From contig OX597829.1 of assembly GCA_951406725.2 (NCBI GenBank), positions 47,244,001 to 47,308,000 of the forward strand: a stretch of DNA of 64,000 bases, read 5' to 3'. The DNA comes from Octopus vulgaris. Lineage: Eukaryota. Of this stretch, positions 13,241-27,290 are shown piece after piece; positions within the stretch are counted from its first letter, which is position 1; each line of letters opens with the position of its first letter. The notes beneath the pieces were generated by a model. That model had not been told where the DNA came from and did not search any database. It saw only the letters and a program-made list of their open reading frames with translations. Position numbers and translations under genes: made by a program.

Positions 13241-13427
13241 AGCGTGGATTTCCACCTCGACATCCGAAACTCGGAGTTTATCATGGCTACCGAATAATTG
13301 TCGCATATTACATTTACAGATAAAAGGCCGGATAACTGAAGAGATGGCGGCATGGATTTCCATCCCGACATCCGAAACTCGGAGTTTATCATGGCTACGG
13401 AACAATTGTCGCATATTACATTTACAG
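13241..13427 (+). repeat. Inverted copies (about 1.7 units) of the satellite, including one hammerhead motif at 13326-13397
   Basis: Reverse complement of the unit after the 13-bp spacer gcgggttaaggtt. Units are 1 nt shorter (ggagtttatc). Confidence 0.95.
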
Positions 13428-13559
13428 GTAAATTCCTCTACTTATAGAAGTGTGTTTTACGATAGCTGATTAATGTAGAGAAGGAAAAGTAGGAGATAAT
13501 ATAATGCTTGTAGTAGAGTTTAGTGAGCATGCGACCTATCTCTGGAGCAAAGCCTTTGA

Positions 13560-13882
13560 AGACAGAAATTATAAGATAAGAATTCATCACCTTCTTGGGT
13601 TTCAACGAGAGATTACAAATAATGGCCACACTGAACGATTAGGGAAGGAGAGCTGATGAGAAGTTTTTTCTGAGTTCATCAAAAATGAAGTAGAGGCATT
13701 TTAGAAAATGCTGACAGATTTATGGTGGTTGGAAAATGGACATAGAAGGATTGAAACAGTTTGTAGAAATGCTCTTGGCAAAGAACTCAAATAGTGAGCT
13801 GAATTTGGTACACGGAGAGCCTTGCGATTGTGATGCTCCATTGATGTTATTGGTTACAGGACGTCTTTAAAAACAGAGTCAT

Positions 13883-13961
<79 letters not shown>

Positions 13962-13998
13962 GGTGGTGGTGGTGGTGGTGGTGGTGGTGGTGGTGGTG

Positions 13999-14089
<91 letters not shown>

Positions 14090-14912
14090 GTTTGTATCAC
14101 CAAACACTGGTTCTTTCAAAGCATTTAGTAATTGTAGTCTTGCAAGCATTGAGGTGGTTAGTAAAAGCTCCGCAGTTGGTAGAAATAGATAATGTCAAGC
14201 ATGAATTATGAGCAATTTCCTTTTTGTCTCCACAGTTGCGGGTTATCTACTAGTTCGTTTTGTGTTAAAACGACCTTAGTAAGATAGCTTCAGTCATTTT
14301 GCATAGCTGCCATAGAAGAGATGAAGCAAAGCCTATTTGAAGTCAGGATTAATGAGCATAAGCTGGTGGAGAAACAACCAAGTAAACTGAATTGAAATAT
14401 CAAACGTTTGAGTGTTGGAGAGGAGCTGTAGACATGTGAGATTCGTCGCTTTGATTAGACAGTGATCAAATGATTCAAAGGGAACAGAGATGATGGTGCC
14501 TGTGAAAAGGTTGAACGTGAAGATGTAAAGAGATAAAGGATGAGAGAAGTAAAAGGAAGACAGAGAGGACCAGATACATGGTGAAAGAGAGAGATCACTA
14601 GCTAAAAAAGAAAGGATCAAATAATTCAATGGGAGCAGAGGTTGTGGTGTCTGTGAAAAGGTTGGACATGAAGATGAAAAGAGATAAAGGATGAGAGAAG
14701 TAAAAGGAAGATAGAGAGGACCAGATACATGGTGAAAGAGAAAGATCACTAGCTAAAAAGAGAGGATCAAATGATTCAATGGGAACAGAGGTTGTGGTGT
14801 CTGTGAAAAGGTTGGACATGAAGATGAAAAGAGATAAAGGGTAAGTGAAGTAAAAAGAAAGACAGACAGAACTAGATACATGGTGAATGAGAGAGATCAC
14901 TAGCTAGAAAGA
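13560..14912 (-). mobile_element. Highly decayed APE-type LINE remnant, interrupted by (TAG)n/(TGG)n at 13883-14088
   Basis: Minus strand has an SFDHCLI motif (APE C-terminal SDH-like) and a HY.SSF...FPTTINL 3'-end-like motif, both very degenerate. Confidence 0.4.
14464..14912. repeat. About 150-bp unit x3 tandem
   Basis: gatcaaat.attcaa.ggga.cagag...gatcactagcta starts at 14464, 14615 and 14765. Confidence 0.9.
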
Positions 14913-16109
14913 GATATAAAGACAAATACTTAGATCAAGACGTGTGTATGTATGTGTGTATGTGTGTATGTGTGTATGTTTGTGTGTGTTTGTATGTGTG
15001 TATATTTGTGTATGCGCGCGTACACATATATATATAACCACATATATAACCTAAAGTAATGGCGCATTGTGTCATTTTATTATAAATTTCACGCGCTATA
15101 CGCATAGGTTCAATAAAGTTCCGTTTAACCTCGCTCTGCAAGCGAAGTTCAGAGCATTAGAGGAATGCATGTCTTTTAAACGAGTGACATCATAACGACA
15201 TACGATATTTTGATATCAAATGCTTTCGTTCATGATGGAACAAGAGATTAAGACAACTGAAATAAGTTTCAAATCTATTCTGGTTATTTTGGAGAAATGA
15301 ACTCGAAAAGATAAATTCAATAACCAACTGTTACAGGAACGATTGTATACTTGTAAATCAAGACGGGAAAGGTCATACCTCTTCCGTCACGATTTGTAAA
15401 GGGACTAAAATACTGAGAATTGGCTTTTTATCGAACTTTTAATCCATTTGCGAATAAACTAAGCGGAGAATTTTAACAAAATTCCACAGTATAAAAGCAA
15501 GCTTATTCCCTGATTGAAAAAATTTATCTTTGTCAATATCATCATCATCATGAGGATAAATATTTTGTTCCACTTTTGATCGAGATAGGGAAGGTATAAC
15601 TTTTCTTATCGCGCTAGCCATCGTCAGATGAATATAAATTATTCTTCAGCTATACTTGTTCGCTTTCAAAACCGATAGAAATTACTTCAAACACTATTCC
15701 GACTTTATGTTTATGAATAAGAGAATTTTCTGTCTCATCATGAATGAGAACTTTGTGCTTGAAATAATGTAAAATTAGATTGATGATAATCTGTTGTTTT
15801 ATTTTATCTTATTTCATTTCATTATTCTTTTTTTTTCCACATTTACTGATGTTTCTTTCATTCAAATTTGAAGTTGAAATATTTTCTCCAAACAAAAACA
15901 AACAAACGAACAACAACAGCATCAACAACAACGATAACAACAACAACAACAACAACAATATTAATGATATAAGCACATCATATCGGAATGCTTGAAAAAA
16001 TATTTGGATTTCACTGGTTTACTCCAAAAATCTCGAAGAAGATGAAATAATTCTAAAAACAGGAAGAATGTCAGATATTTTCTCTTTTTCACACCCGGAC
16101 TACTGCTGC

Positions 16110-16160
<51 letters not shown>

Positions 16161-16306
16161 TGCTGCTGTATAATTCTAAAGTGATAGAATATGACAAGGA
16201 AGTGTTTCTCATCAAAATTCTAAAAACAACTTTGTCACCTCCAAATAGGTTTATAGTGAATCTCAGTCGACGAGTATAAATAATCTTTCAACTCCTTTAC
16301 TGCAAC

Positions 16307-16365
<59 letters not shown>

Positions 16366-16367
<2 letters not shown>

Positions 16368-17087
16368 GCCTCCCCACCAGAAATTACCAAAAACATGTAA
16401 TGAAAAGAAATATTACAAGTAACTGCAGAATATGTGGAGATGGACAAGAAACAATAAATCATATTATCTCTAGCTGCCCAGTCCTGGCTAAGAAGGAATA
16501 TATTCACAGACATGACAGAGTTGGAACCTACATACATTGGAAGCTATGCCAACAATATGGAATAACAACAGAAAAAAGATGGTATAGGCACACACCAGAA
16601 AAGGTCACAGAAAACGAGAAAGCAACCATACTCTGAGATATGCCGATACACACAGATAGAGAAATTAAGGCCAACAGACCAGATATAGTTGTCAGAGATC
16701 ATGAAGAAAAAAAATGCTTTCTAATTGATGTATCAATACCGGCTGATGACAACGTGTCTCTAAAAGAAATGGAGAAACTCTCAAAATACAAAGACCTGGA
16801 AATAGAGGTAACTAGAATGTGGAATCTGAAAACAGAAACAATTCCTATCATAGTAGGTGCATTAGGCATGATAAAAAAATATTCAGACAAATACATAACA
16901 AAAACACCAGGACTTACAAACACATATAACATACAGAAAATTGCACTACTAGGCACTGCACACATCCTACGCAGAACACTTTCCATACAATAACCATCAG
17001 AGCATCACAACAAATCACGGCACATACCCAATGCACACAGAGCTGTGCTCGGTAGTGAAGTGAAAGCACGCTATAAAAATAAAACTA

Positions 17088-17090
<3 letters not shown>
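16366..17090 (+). mobile_element. R4/Dong-like LINE 3' end (CCHC + RLE + 3'UTR) in (TAA)n
   Basis: CRICGDGQETINHIISSC, RHDRV, RPDIVV...IDVSIP...K..KY, PIIVGALG. One in-frame stop. (TAA)n on both sides. Confidence 0.92.
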
Positions 17091-17146
<56 letters not shown>

Positions 17147-17148
<2 letters not shown>

Positions 17149-17703
17149 TGCCCTGATGCAGTACCAGGCAGTGGCTCTCATGGCTTCTGATCTTAACTGA
17201 TTGGAAGTGTTATCATGTACATTGTTTTGTCTTGGTGTAAAAGATGGGCTACAGCAAATATTCTGCTCAATACCACAGATTTGCTTCTCAGTTGTTTGAC
17301 CTTAACCAGTTGAGCATGTCCCTTAGTGGCTGACGATATGTGCATCTCTGATCACGAGCAGAAGTAGTGGGGGAGCATCATAGCCATGTGTTGAGAGGGA
17401 TTCTTTGGGGTTTGAATAATTCACCTCTGGAAACATGGGTGGTTCTTTCAACATCCTTAAACAACCCTTATTCAGGGACCTTTTGAGCGGGATGGGCTAC
17501 TCAACCTGAAGAAAATTCTAACTGGGCCCCACCTGCAAGGTCATGTGCTGTTTATCTTGATATGAGATCACCATGTCGCACACATATGGTTGTGATGCAT
17601 GTGCCTGGTGTACCTTTATCAGACGGGTAGTCATGATGGGTATATTGGGCTTCGTATATTTTACCCCAGTGTCACTTTGATGGCATGCACTGCTCTCTCA
17701 CTC
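17147..17703. mobile_element. About 556-bp non-coding interspersed element in (TAA)n, copy 1
   Basis: About 98% identical to 20832-21388 with the same ends. Partial diverged copy at about 24697-24845. Confidence 0.85.
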
Positions 17704-17803
17704 AATAATAATAATAATAATAGTAATAATAATAGTAATAATAATAATAATAATAATAATAGTAATAATAATAATAATAACAACAACAACAACAACAACA
17801 ACA

Positions 17804-17868
<65 letters not shown>

Positions 17869-17892
17869 AATAATAATAATAATAATAATAAT

Positions 17893-18057
17893 GGTCGATG
17901 AAAAAGACGGCAGTAGTACCAATAATCGTCGGAGCCCTGGGATCAGTGAGTAAAAATCTTGAGAAGAACATGGAACAAATAGGAGATGCAAATAGGGTGG
18001 AGCACTTGCAGAAAACAGCGCTGCTTGGAACCGTTCGAATACTCCGGGAGGTGTATT
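17893..18057 (+). mobile_element. RLE LINE C-terminal fragment (another subfamily)
   Basis: MKKTAVVPIIVGALGSVSKNLEK...LQKTALLGTVRILREV. Homologous to 51001-51200. Confidence 0.8.
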
Positions 18058-20215
18058 CGACCCACAAAACTACAGACCAATAACCTGTCTCTCTACAATG
18101 TACAAAGCCTTTACTGCAATAATATCGCATAGATTGAACCAAGCATCTGGAAGAAAACAACCTGTTTCCAGAAGAGCAGAAGGGATGCTGCAAGGGCTCA
18201 TACGGCTGTAAAGATCAATTAATGATCAATAAAGTCATAACTGAAGACAGCCGCAGAAAGAAGAATGGCCTCAGTATGGCCTGGATAGACTACCGAAAGG
18301 CTTTTGATAGTATTCCCCACACGTGGATCCTTGAAATACTAGCCATGAACAAGGCAGCACCAATCATTATAAAATACCAAAGACAATCTATGAATATGTA
18401 GCAGACAGTGCTACAATTCCAAACAAAAGAGGAACTCGTGAAAACCAAAGCTATCCCCATTAGAAGAGGAATATTCTAGGGAGACACGCTCTCTCCACTC
18501 CTTTTCTGCTTGGCCCTTACACCTTTATCTGACATGCTAAATAGAATTGGATGCGGATACAAATGTTACGGCAAAACAATCAGCCACCTTTTATATATGG
18601 ATAACCTAAAACTATACGCTACAAATGACAAACAGCTGGAAACACTACTACAGACAGCACAAGGATTCACCAAAGAAATAAATATGACATTTGGATTAGA
18701 AAAATGTGCCAAAGCAACCCTGAAAAGAGGAGCATCACACTAGATAAAGCCAATGAAGTAAGAGAATTAGATCAAAGCCAGACATGCAAATATTTAGGAA
18801 TCAATGAACTAGATACGATACAGCACACACAAATGAAAGAGAAAATAAAGAAAGAATACTATAAACGAGTTATATCAATACTGAAAACAGAGCTCAATGC
18901 TAAAAACACGATAATAGGTATTAACACTATAGCCGTCCCAATTATAAGTTACAACTACAATATCCTTAACTGGATGCTAAATGATCTAACCAAAATAGAC
19001 AAGAAAACAAGAAAAATAATGACAGGATCTAGGATGCACCACCTAAAATCTGACATAGAAAGGCTATATATACAACGTATAGAAGGTGATAGAGGCCTTA
19101 TACAGCTGGAAAACTATTATAAAATAACCACCATAGGACTGCAACAGTACCTACTTCAGAAGCAAGGAAAACTAATACAAATAGCCACAAAACACGAGCA
19201 AAACATAAAACTGTTTCCAGTATTTAAGGAAGCTGACAAATACAAACAAGAAGTCATACTACCTAACAAAGATGAAGAAGAAGAAACGACAAAAGCTATA
19301 AAACAAATGAAATCCAAACTAAAACTAGAACAGCAACAGATCATGACGATGGCAAGAAAAGCCCCTTGACGGCAAATACTGGGCTAAATTGGACGCAAAA
19401 GAAATAGACAAAGCAAAATCCCAGCAATGGTTGAGAAGCTCAGGACTCAAAGCAGAGACAGAGGGATTTTTAATTGCTGCACAAGACCAAAGCCTCCCCA
19501 CCAGAAATTACAAAAAAACATATAATGAAAAGAAACATAACAAATAACTACAAAATATGTGGAGATGGACAGGAAACAATATATCATATTTTCTCTGGCT
19601 GCCCAGTCCTGGCTAAGAAGGAATATATTCATAGACACGACAGAGTTGGAACCTACATACTCTGGGAGCTATGCCAACACTATGGAATATCAGCAGAAAA
19701 AAGACGGTATAAGCACACGCCAGAAAATGTCACAGAAAACGAGAAAGCAATCATACTCTGGGATATGCCAATACACACAGATAGAGAAATTAAGGCCAGT
19801 AGGCCAGATATAGTTGTCAGAGATCATGAAAGACAAAAATACTTTCTAATTGATGTATCAATACCAGCAGCTGACAACGTGCCTCTCAAGGAAATGGAGA
19901 AACTTTTAAAATACAAAGACCTGGAAATAGAGGTAACTCGAATGTGGAATCTAAAAACAGAAATAATTCCTATCATAGTGGGCGCATTAGGTATGATCAA
20001 AAAATATTCAGACAAATACATAACAAAATCACCAGGACATACAACAAATATACAGCATACAGAAAATTGCACTACTAGGCACTGCACACATCCTACGCAG
20101 AACACTTTCCATACAATAACCATCAGAGCATCACAACAAATCACAGCACATACCCAAGGCACACAGAGCTGCGCTCGGTAGTGAATTAAAACACGCTATA
20201 AAAATAAAACTACTG
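18058..20215 (+). mobile_element. R4/Dong-like LINE, 5'-truncated and decayed (RT + CCHC + RLE + 3'UTR)
   Basis: NYRPITCL, AWIDYRKAFDS, GIF*GDTLSPLLF, LLYMDNLKLY, KYLGI, RPDIVV. Contains frameshifts and stops. Confidence 0.93.
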
Positions 20216-20216
20216 A

Positions 20217-20260
<44 letters not shown>

Positions 20261-20289
20261 AATGATGATGATGATGATAATGATGATGA

Positions 20290-20323
<34 letters not shown>

Positions 20324-20346
20324 GGTGGTGATGGTGGTGGTGGTGG

Positions 20347-20380
<34 letters not shown>

Positions 20381-20397
20381 GGTGGTTTTGGTGATGA

Positions 20398-20431
<34 letters not shown>

Positions 20432-20448
20432 GGTTTTGGTGATGATGA

Positions 20449-20482
<34 letters not shown>

Positions 20483-20670
20483 GGTGGTGGTGGTTTTGGT
20501 GGTGGTTTTGGTGATGATGATGATGATGATGATAATGATGATGATGATGGTGGTGGTGGTGGTGGTGGTGGTGGTGGTGGTGGTGGTGGTGATGATGATG
20601 ATGAAGATGATGATGGTGGTGGTGGTGGTGGTGGTGGTGGTGGTGGTGGTGGTGGTGGTGGTGGTGGTGA

Positions 20671-20704
<34 letters not shown>

Positions 20705-20738
20705 GGTGGTGGTGGTGGTTTTGGTGATGATGATGATG

Positions 20739-20811
<73 letters not shown>

Positions 20812-20831
20812 TGATAATAATAATAATAATA
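20216..20831. repeat. Compound (TGA)n/(TGG)n/(TAA)n microsatellite
   Basis: Direct reading. Confidence 0.95.
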
Positions 20832-21388
20832 AATGCCCTGATGCAGTACCAGGCAGTGGCTCTCATGGCTTCTGATCTTAACTGATTGAAAGTGTTATCA
20901 TGTACATTGTTTTGTCTTGGTATAAAAGATGGGCTACAGCAAATATTCTGCTCAATACCACAGATTTGCTTCTCAGTTGTTTGACCTTAACCAGTTGAGC
21001 ATGTCCCTTAGTGGCTGACGATATGTGCATCTCTGATCACGAGCAGAAGTAGTGGGGGAGCATCATAGCCATGTGTTGAGAGGGATTCTTTGGGGTTTGA
21101 ATAATTCACCTCTGGAAACATGGGTAGTTTTTTCAACATCCTTAAACAACCCTTATTCAGGGACCGTTTGAGCGGGATGGGCTACTCAACCTGAAGAAAA
21201 TTCTAACTGGGCCCCACCTGCAAGGTCATGTGCTGTTTATCTTGATATGAGATCCCCATGTCGTGCACATATGGTTGTGATGCATGTGCCTGGTGTACCT
21301 TTATCAGACGGGTAGTCATGATGGGTATATTGGGCTTCATATATTTTACCCCACTGTCACTTTGATGGCATGAACTGCTCTCTCACTC
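20832..21388. mobile_element. About 556-bp non-coding interspersed element in (TAA)n, copy 2
   Basis: See 17147-17703. Confidence 0.85.
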
Positions 21389-21413
21389 AATAATAATAAT
21401 AATAATAATAATA

Positions 21414-22370
<957 letters not shown>

Positions 22371-23815
22371 GCCTAAAATATGCCGAATAGTCAGATTTAA
22401 AGGATCTTATTAATTAAGTGATGTGACAACATAAAACAATGACAAGATTTCATCTCCATACAGCAATGTATGAAATGCTTGTCAATTAGACATATTATAC
22501 ACCTTTTTGCCTTCAGATATCAACTACATATCTCAGCATGGGTCGCTCACATTTGTAGAGGGATGGATGTGCCTCTGCTTTACATATCACAGTATCACAG
22601 TATCGACAGCCTATCAGATGTTATTATACATCGCCTGCCGCAATGCGCTTTGCATTGTTTTAGCTCTCGAATGACGCCAACAATTCCCCTGATCGGAAGG
22701 CTATTCCGTCAGAGGGTTATCCATTTAATGCTGAGTGGACTGGATCTTAGTGTAATGAAACATCTTGCTCAAGAACACAATACACCACTCATTCCGTGGA
22801 TCTAGTGATTGTGAGTGTATTATCATAACCAAGACAAGCGCCTTCACGATTTACATATAGTTGCTCAAAACACAGAGTAACTATGCCGTTGATAGAACAC
22901 GAAACTTCGATCTTTATTGTTAACCTTTTTTGTGAAACTTTATTTTTTTTATTGACTTATTTAATTATTAAGTCAGCTGCATCTATCATATTATTAAAAA
23001 AAAAAAAGTCTCCGAAGTTAATAAAAACAAAAACAAAAAAGGGCTAAAGGAAAGAAAATAAGGATTCCATTTCTGGAAATAAAATAAAATAAAATAAAAT
23101 AAAATAAGAATTTTGAAATTGGTTGTAATTTGATACTTTTGTAAACCATAAATGCCAAGCAGTCTGACCTTGTGTTGAAGAAAGATTCACAGCTATGGAC
23201 CGCTGTTTACCATCTTGATATGTGATCTTAGCTATAACACATCGAAGAACAACATTTAGATAATATCAAACGTCATGTCTGTCACATATGACCTATGTAG
23301 GTCTTTAGTTCTCTTTATAAACTCAGTGTTTAATTTAAAACCTCTGAAATGTCGCATTTGATATTTATTTAGTGTGTTTTCTTGAACAAATCGTTTTCTA
23401 AGAGATTTTTGCGTTTATTGCCCCTTGATTATTTAAACTTGTACATAACTCACATTCAGATTGATAGGCAAAGTAAATAAACAATAATTGTTTCTAATTT
23501 AGGCACAAGACGAGCACTTTTCTAAGAGGGATAGCTCGATATCTTCTACTTCAATACTTGGCTGGTATTTATTTTATTTAATCAAACCCCCAGAGGGGGT
23601 GAAACCAAAGTTTTCTCCACAGAGATTTGAACTAAAAGCGTAAATAATAAGAAATAAATATATATATATATATATATATAAAAAGACGGAAGAAATTATG
23701 TATGGCATTTTGTTCGGCGCTCTAACGATTATGCCAGATCGCTGGCTTGAAATAAGTTTGATATTTCATCTGTCCAGATCGATTTTATCATTAGAATCAA
23801 ACAAACTGGTGAAGT

Positions 23816-24163
23816 AAATAAATAATAATCCTTCCTACAAGGATAGGTACAAGGCCTGAAATTTGAGGGAGAAGTATAGTCGCTTATCCACTTGAGTATC
23901 CTAGCTGAGTACCCCAGTACTCAACTAGTACTTAATTTATCAACCCCGAAAGGATGAAAGGCAAAGTTGACTTCGGTGGAAAGGAAATAAATAATAATCC
24001 TTCCTACGATAGGTACATGGCCTGAAATTTGAGGGAGGAGTATAATCGCTTATCCAATTGAGTACCCTAGCTGAGTACCCCGGTACTCAACCGGTACTTA
24101 ATTTATCAACCCCGAAAGGATGAAAGGCAAAGTTGACTTCGGTGGAAAGGAAATAAATAATAA
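23816..24163 (-). repeat. Tandem duplication (about 167 bp x2) of a family B-like SINE 3' fragment
   Basis: aaataaataataatccttcctac...ccccgaaaggatgaaaggcaaagttgacttcggtggaaagg occurs twice. Confidence 0.85.
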
Positions 24164-25289
24164 TGAAATTGATATTAGTTCTCAATGTGTCGAACGACGC
24201 CGTAGATTAAGAAATTAAATGCTCTTAGTGAAGCTGAAACAGCGACCTGTCTGCTTCCGCTTTTGGCATTCTTATGCAGTAACTTTTTGTTCTTTCTTGC
24301 TGGCTTCACCAATGATCTTGATAAAATTATGAACTGTCATGCAATATCTTCCTATTTGGTCTGTGTATTCTTATGGCGTTTCACTCAGTTAAAGAAAATT
24401 ATATCCTTTTCTTTTTTCTGTGAATGAAGCGAGTTCTTGGTGTTGTTTAACTCCAGGCCAGCATTGACGTATATATTACTTTTATATAAACATACATACA
24501 CACACACAAACACACACACACATACACATATACACACACTTATATAATGTAGGTTGTGGTTTTTGTCTTGAGAGATGCCATACATATATACATACATGCA
24601 TGCATGCATACATATATATATTTTGAAACTGACCTATTTTCCATTACATTTCACACAAATTCAGCGCTGAGTTGCTGAAGCAGAAATATCGTTATAGTAA
24701 ATATTCTGCTCAATACCATAGATTTGTCCTTAACCAGTTGAGCATGACTCTTAGTGGCTGACAATATGTGCATCTCTGATCATGAGCAGGAGTAGTGGAG
24801 AAGCATCATAGCCATCCGTTGACAGAGATTCTTCGGGGTTTGAGTAAATATCGTAACAAAAGCAAAAATTGAAGGAAATATTAGCTATTTTAAATACTTT
24901 CTAGTGGTAAGCAAATAGGAAATAACAGTTGCTACACAATGACAAAAATCGTGTTACACAGAATAATTCATAGTTCAATAACCATTCTGTGTGCATAGCT
25001 TCTCTTTGTGACTTCTACAGATTACCTTACTGAAACAGACAAGCGCACGTACACTCGTTACATGTTAGATTGGGCCGTGCACCAGAATACTAAGGCGAAT
25101 TCGCAACAATACTATTTCGAATATCTCTCTTGAGCTGGTCGTGCTAGTTGCAGTTTTGTTCAGATTACCCCCTCCAAGCATTCACTGCTTTTCTTCATGA
25201 TGAACATTCATGCAGGAATACATACGTGCATGCATAATCCGTACATGATGATTGCCACTTCTTTACATAAGAAGGCTATCTCTTCAATT

Positions 25290-25480
25290 AGTAAATGCTG
25301 TCAAGGGATCTCATATGACAATCAAGTTCAGCTTTTGACAAACTGCAGAAGTTACAAACATTTTCAAGCAGAAAAGTGTCTAGGGTTGAGTTAAGCCCCT
25401 TTTATGGAGTGCTCCTTTCAAGATGGAGTGTTCGATTTTTTGTATTTCAAATACTTTACAACCATTGTAGATCTCGTCTT
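25290..25480 (-). mobile_element. RTE-like LINE C-terminal remnant
   Basis: Minus strand reads GCKVFE...IEHSILK...CNFC...SKAEL..HMRS (degenerate zinc-finger tail). Confidence 0.4.
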
Positions 25481-25729
25481 TCCAAACCTGTCGAGCATTA
25501 TTGCCTTGTGGGTCTGAGACATTTCCAACAGACTCGCTTTAAACCAAGCAGAACATCAATGATGTGCCAGCCGAATAGATGAATTGCGGCAACATGAAAT
25601 GTGGAGTCTTGTTCAAAGGCACAGTGCGCCGCCTAGCGCAGTATCAAACTCGTGACTATGAAAGTGAACCGAACGCCTTGTTGTACCATGTATGACGGAT
25701 CTACATATCAGCCGTGTCCATCATGGTGA

Positions 25730-27290
25730 AAACCCGACAGACTTCTTCTTTTGGCTAATAGTGACAGCACTTTACGACTCTATTCTCCACTCATGGCTAC
25801 TGAAGTAATCTCCTTTTGGCAAAAGTTCCTGCTACCTTAATTGTTGCCATTGAGAGACTCACAAAGACCCAAGAAACAATTCTTACACTTAGAACTGACG
25901 AAGGAACGATCGTCTCCAATGTTGTAAATATTTAAAAGGGAATATTCCAAGGAGATAGTCTTTCTGTAATTCTCTTCATTTTGGCAATTAAATCCATTGT
26001 CACTCCAGCTACAAAAATCAAATGGCTACATGCAGGGATCTGCAACTACAAGAGATATTATCATAAACCATAATTTCTTTGTGGATGACTAATAATTTAG
26101 GCTAATAATGTTAACAATACCAAAAATAAAAAAATAAAAAAACAGAAACAGCTGGAATTACAGTAATCCCTCGCATTATCGCGGTTCACTTATCGCGGTT
26201 TATTATTTAAGCTGCTGTTGTTTTGTATTTAAAATAAAGTAAGTGGCTGTGTGGTAAGTAGCTTCCTTACCAACCATATAGTTCCGGGTTCAGTCTTACT
26301 GCGTGGCACCTTGGAAAAGTGTCTACTATAGCCTCGGGCTGACCAAAGCCTTGTGAGTGGATTTGGTAGACGGAAACTTAAAGAAGCCCGTCGTATATAT
26401 GTAAATATATATATGGATGTGTATGTGTATATTGCATATGTTTGTGTGTCTGTGTTTGTCTCCCCCTCCCAACATCGCTTGACAACCGATGCTGGTGTGT
26501 ACGTCCCCGTAACTTAGCGGTTCGGCAAAAGAGACCGATAGAATGAGTACTAGGCTTACAAAGAATAAGTCCTGGGGGTCAATTTGCTCGACTAAAGGCG
26601 GTGCTGCAGCATGGCCAGTGTCAAATGACTGAAACAAGTAAAAGAGTAAAAGAGTAAATCATAGAAGTAATAAAATATAATATGCAGTACAGTACGGTTT
26701 CAACTTCGTAGATTTCCACCTATCGCGGGGCGGTTGGGATGGAACGTAGCAACCGCGATAGTCGATGTATTACTGTAATAACATTTTCAGCTGACGTAGG
26801 AATGGAATTTGGCCAAAAGAAATGTTCGTATATAGTTGTTGAACGAAGAAAATCAATCCCCCGGACCCAAAACCTGTGCCTCAATGATCTCAATATCTCT
26901 CCTGTCCCACACAAAGAATGGTATATGAAGACATACATGAAGGTTCTATGAATAAAGATAGAGTGACCCGAGAATAATATGCCAGACTAAAAAAAATATG
27001 GAATTTGGAACTCTCCTCTTACTACAAGACAATATCCCACAATGCATTTGCAGTATCTGTACTGATTCCGACATTTTGAGATACTTGACTGGTTTGTAGT
27101 GGAAATTCACTCCATAGTCGTTAAAACCAGGAAGATACTGACATCACCAGGAAATTTCCATGAAAATAGTGATATCGATATGCTTTACCTAAGGAGAGAT
27201 AAAGGAAAAATAGGCTTGAGATCAGAGCAGACAGTCTTCGAATGTCGCATCGTCTCTCTCAGACAGCACATGCTAAACAAAATAATCCAC
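25730..27290 (+). mobile_element. Decayed RLE-type LINE RT region interrupted by a MITE and a SINE
   Basis: GIFQGDSLSVILF, FSADVGMEFGQKKC, KTRKILT...FHENSDIDMLYLRR. Confidence 0.8.
26161..26775. mobile_element. Tigger/pogo-like MITE containing a family A SINE (26241-26658)
   Basis: TA|cagtaatccctcgcattatcgcggtt ... aaccgcgatagtcgatgtattactg|TA. Confidence 0.8.

Noticed and set aside
13228-13243. Interstitial telomere
   Set aside because: Only about two imperfect units are present. It is noted as a spacer motif, not a telomeric array.
16366-21388. Segmental duplication of LINE 3' end plus 556-bp element
   Set aside because: The two parts show very different divergence, which favours independent insertions.
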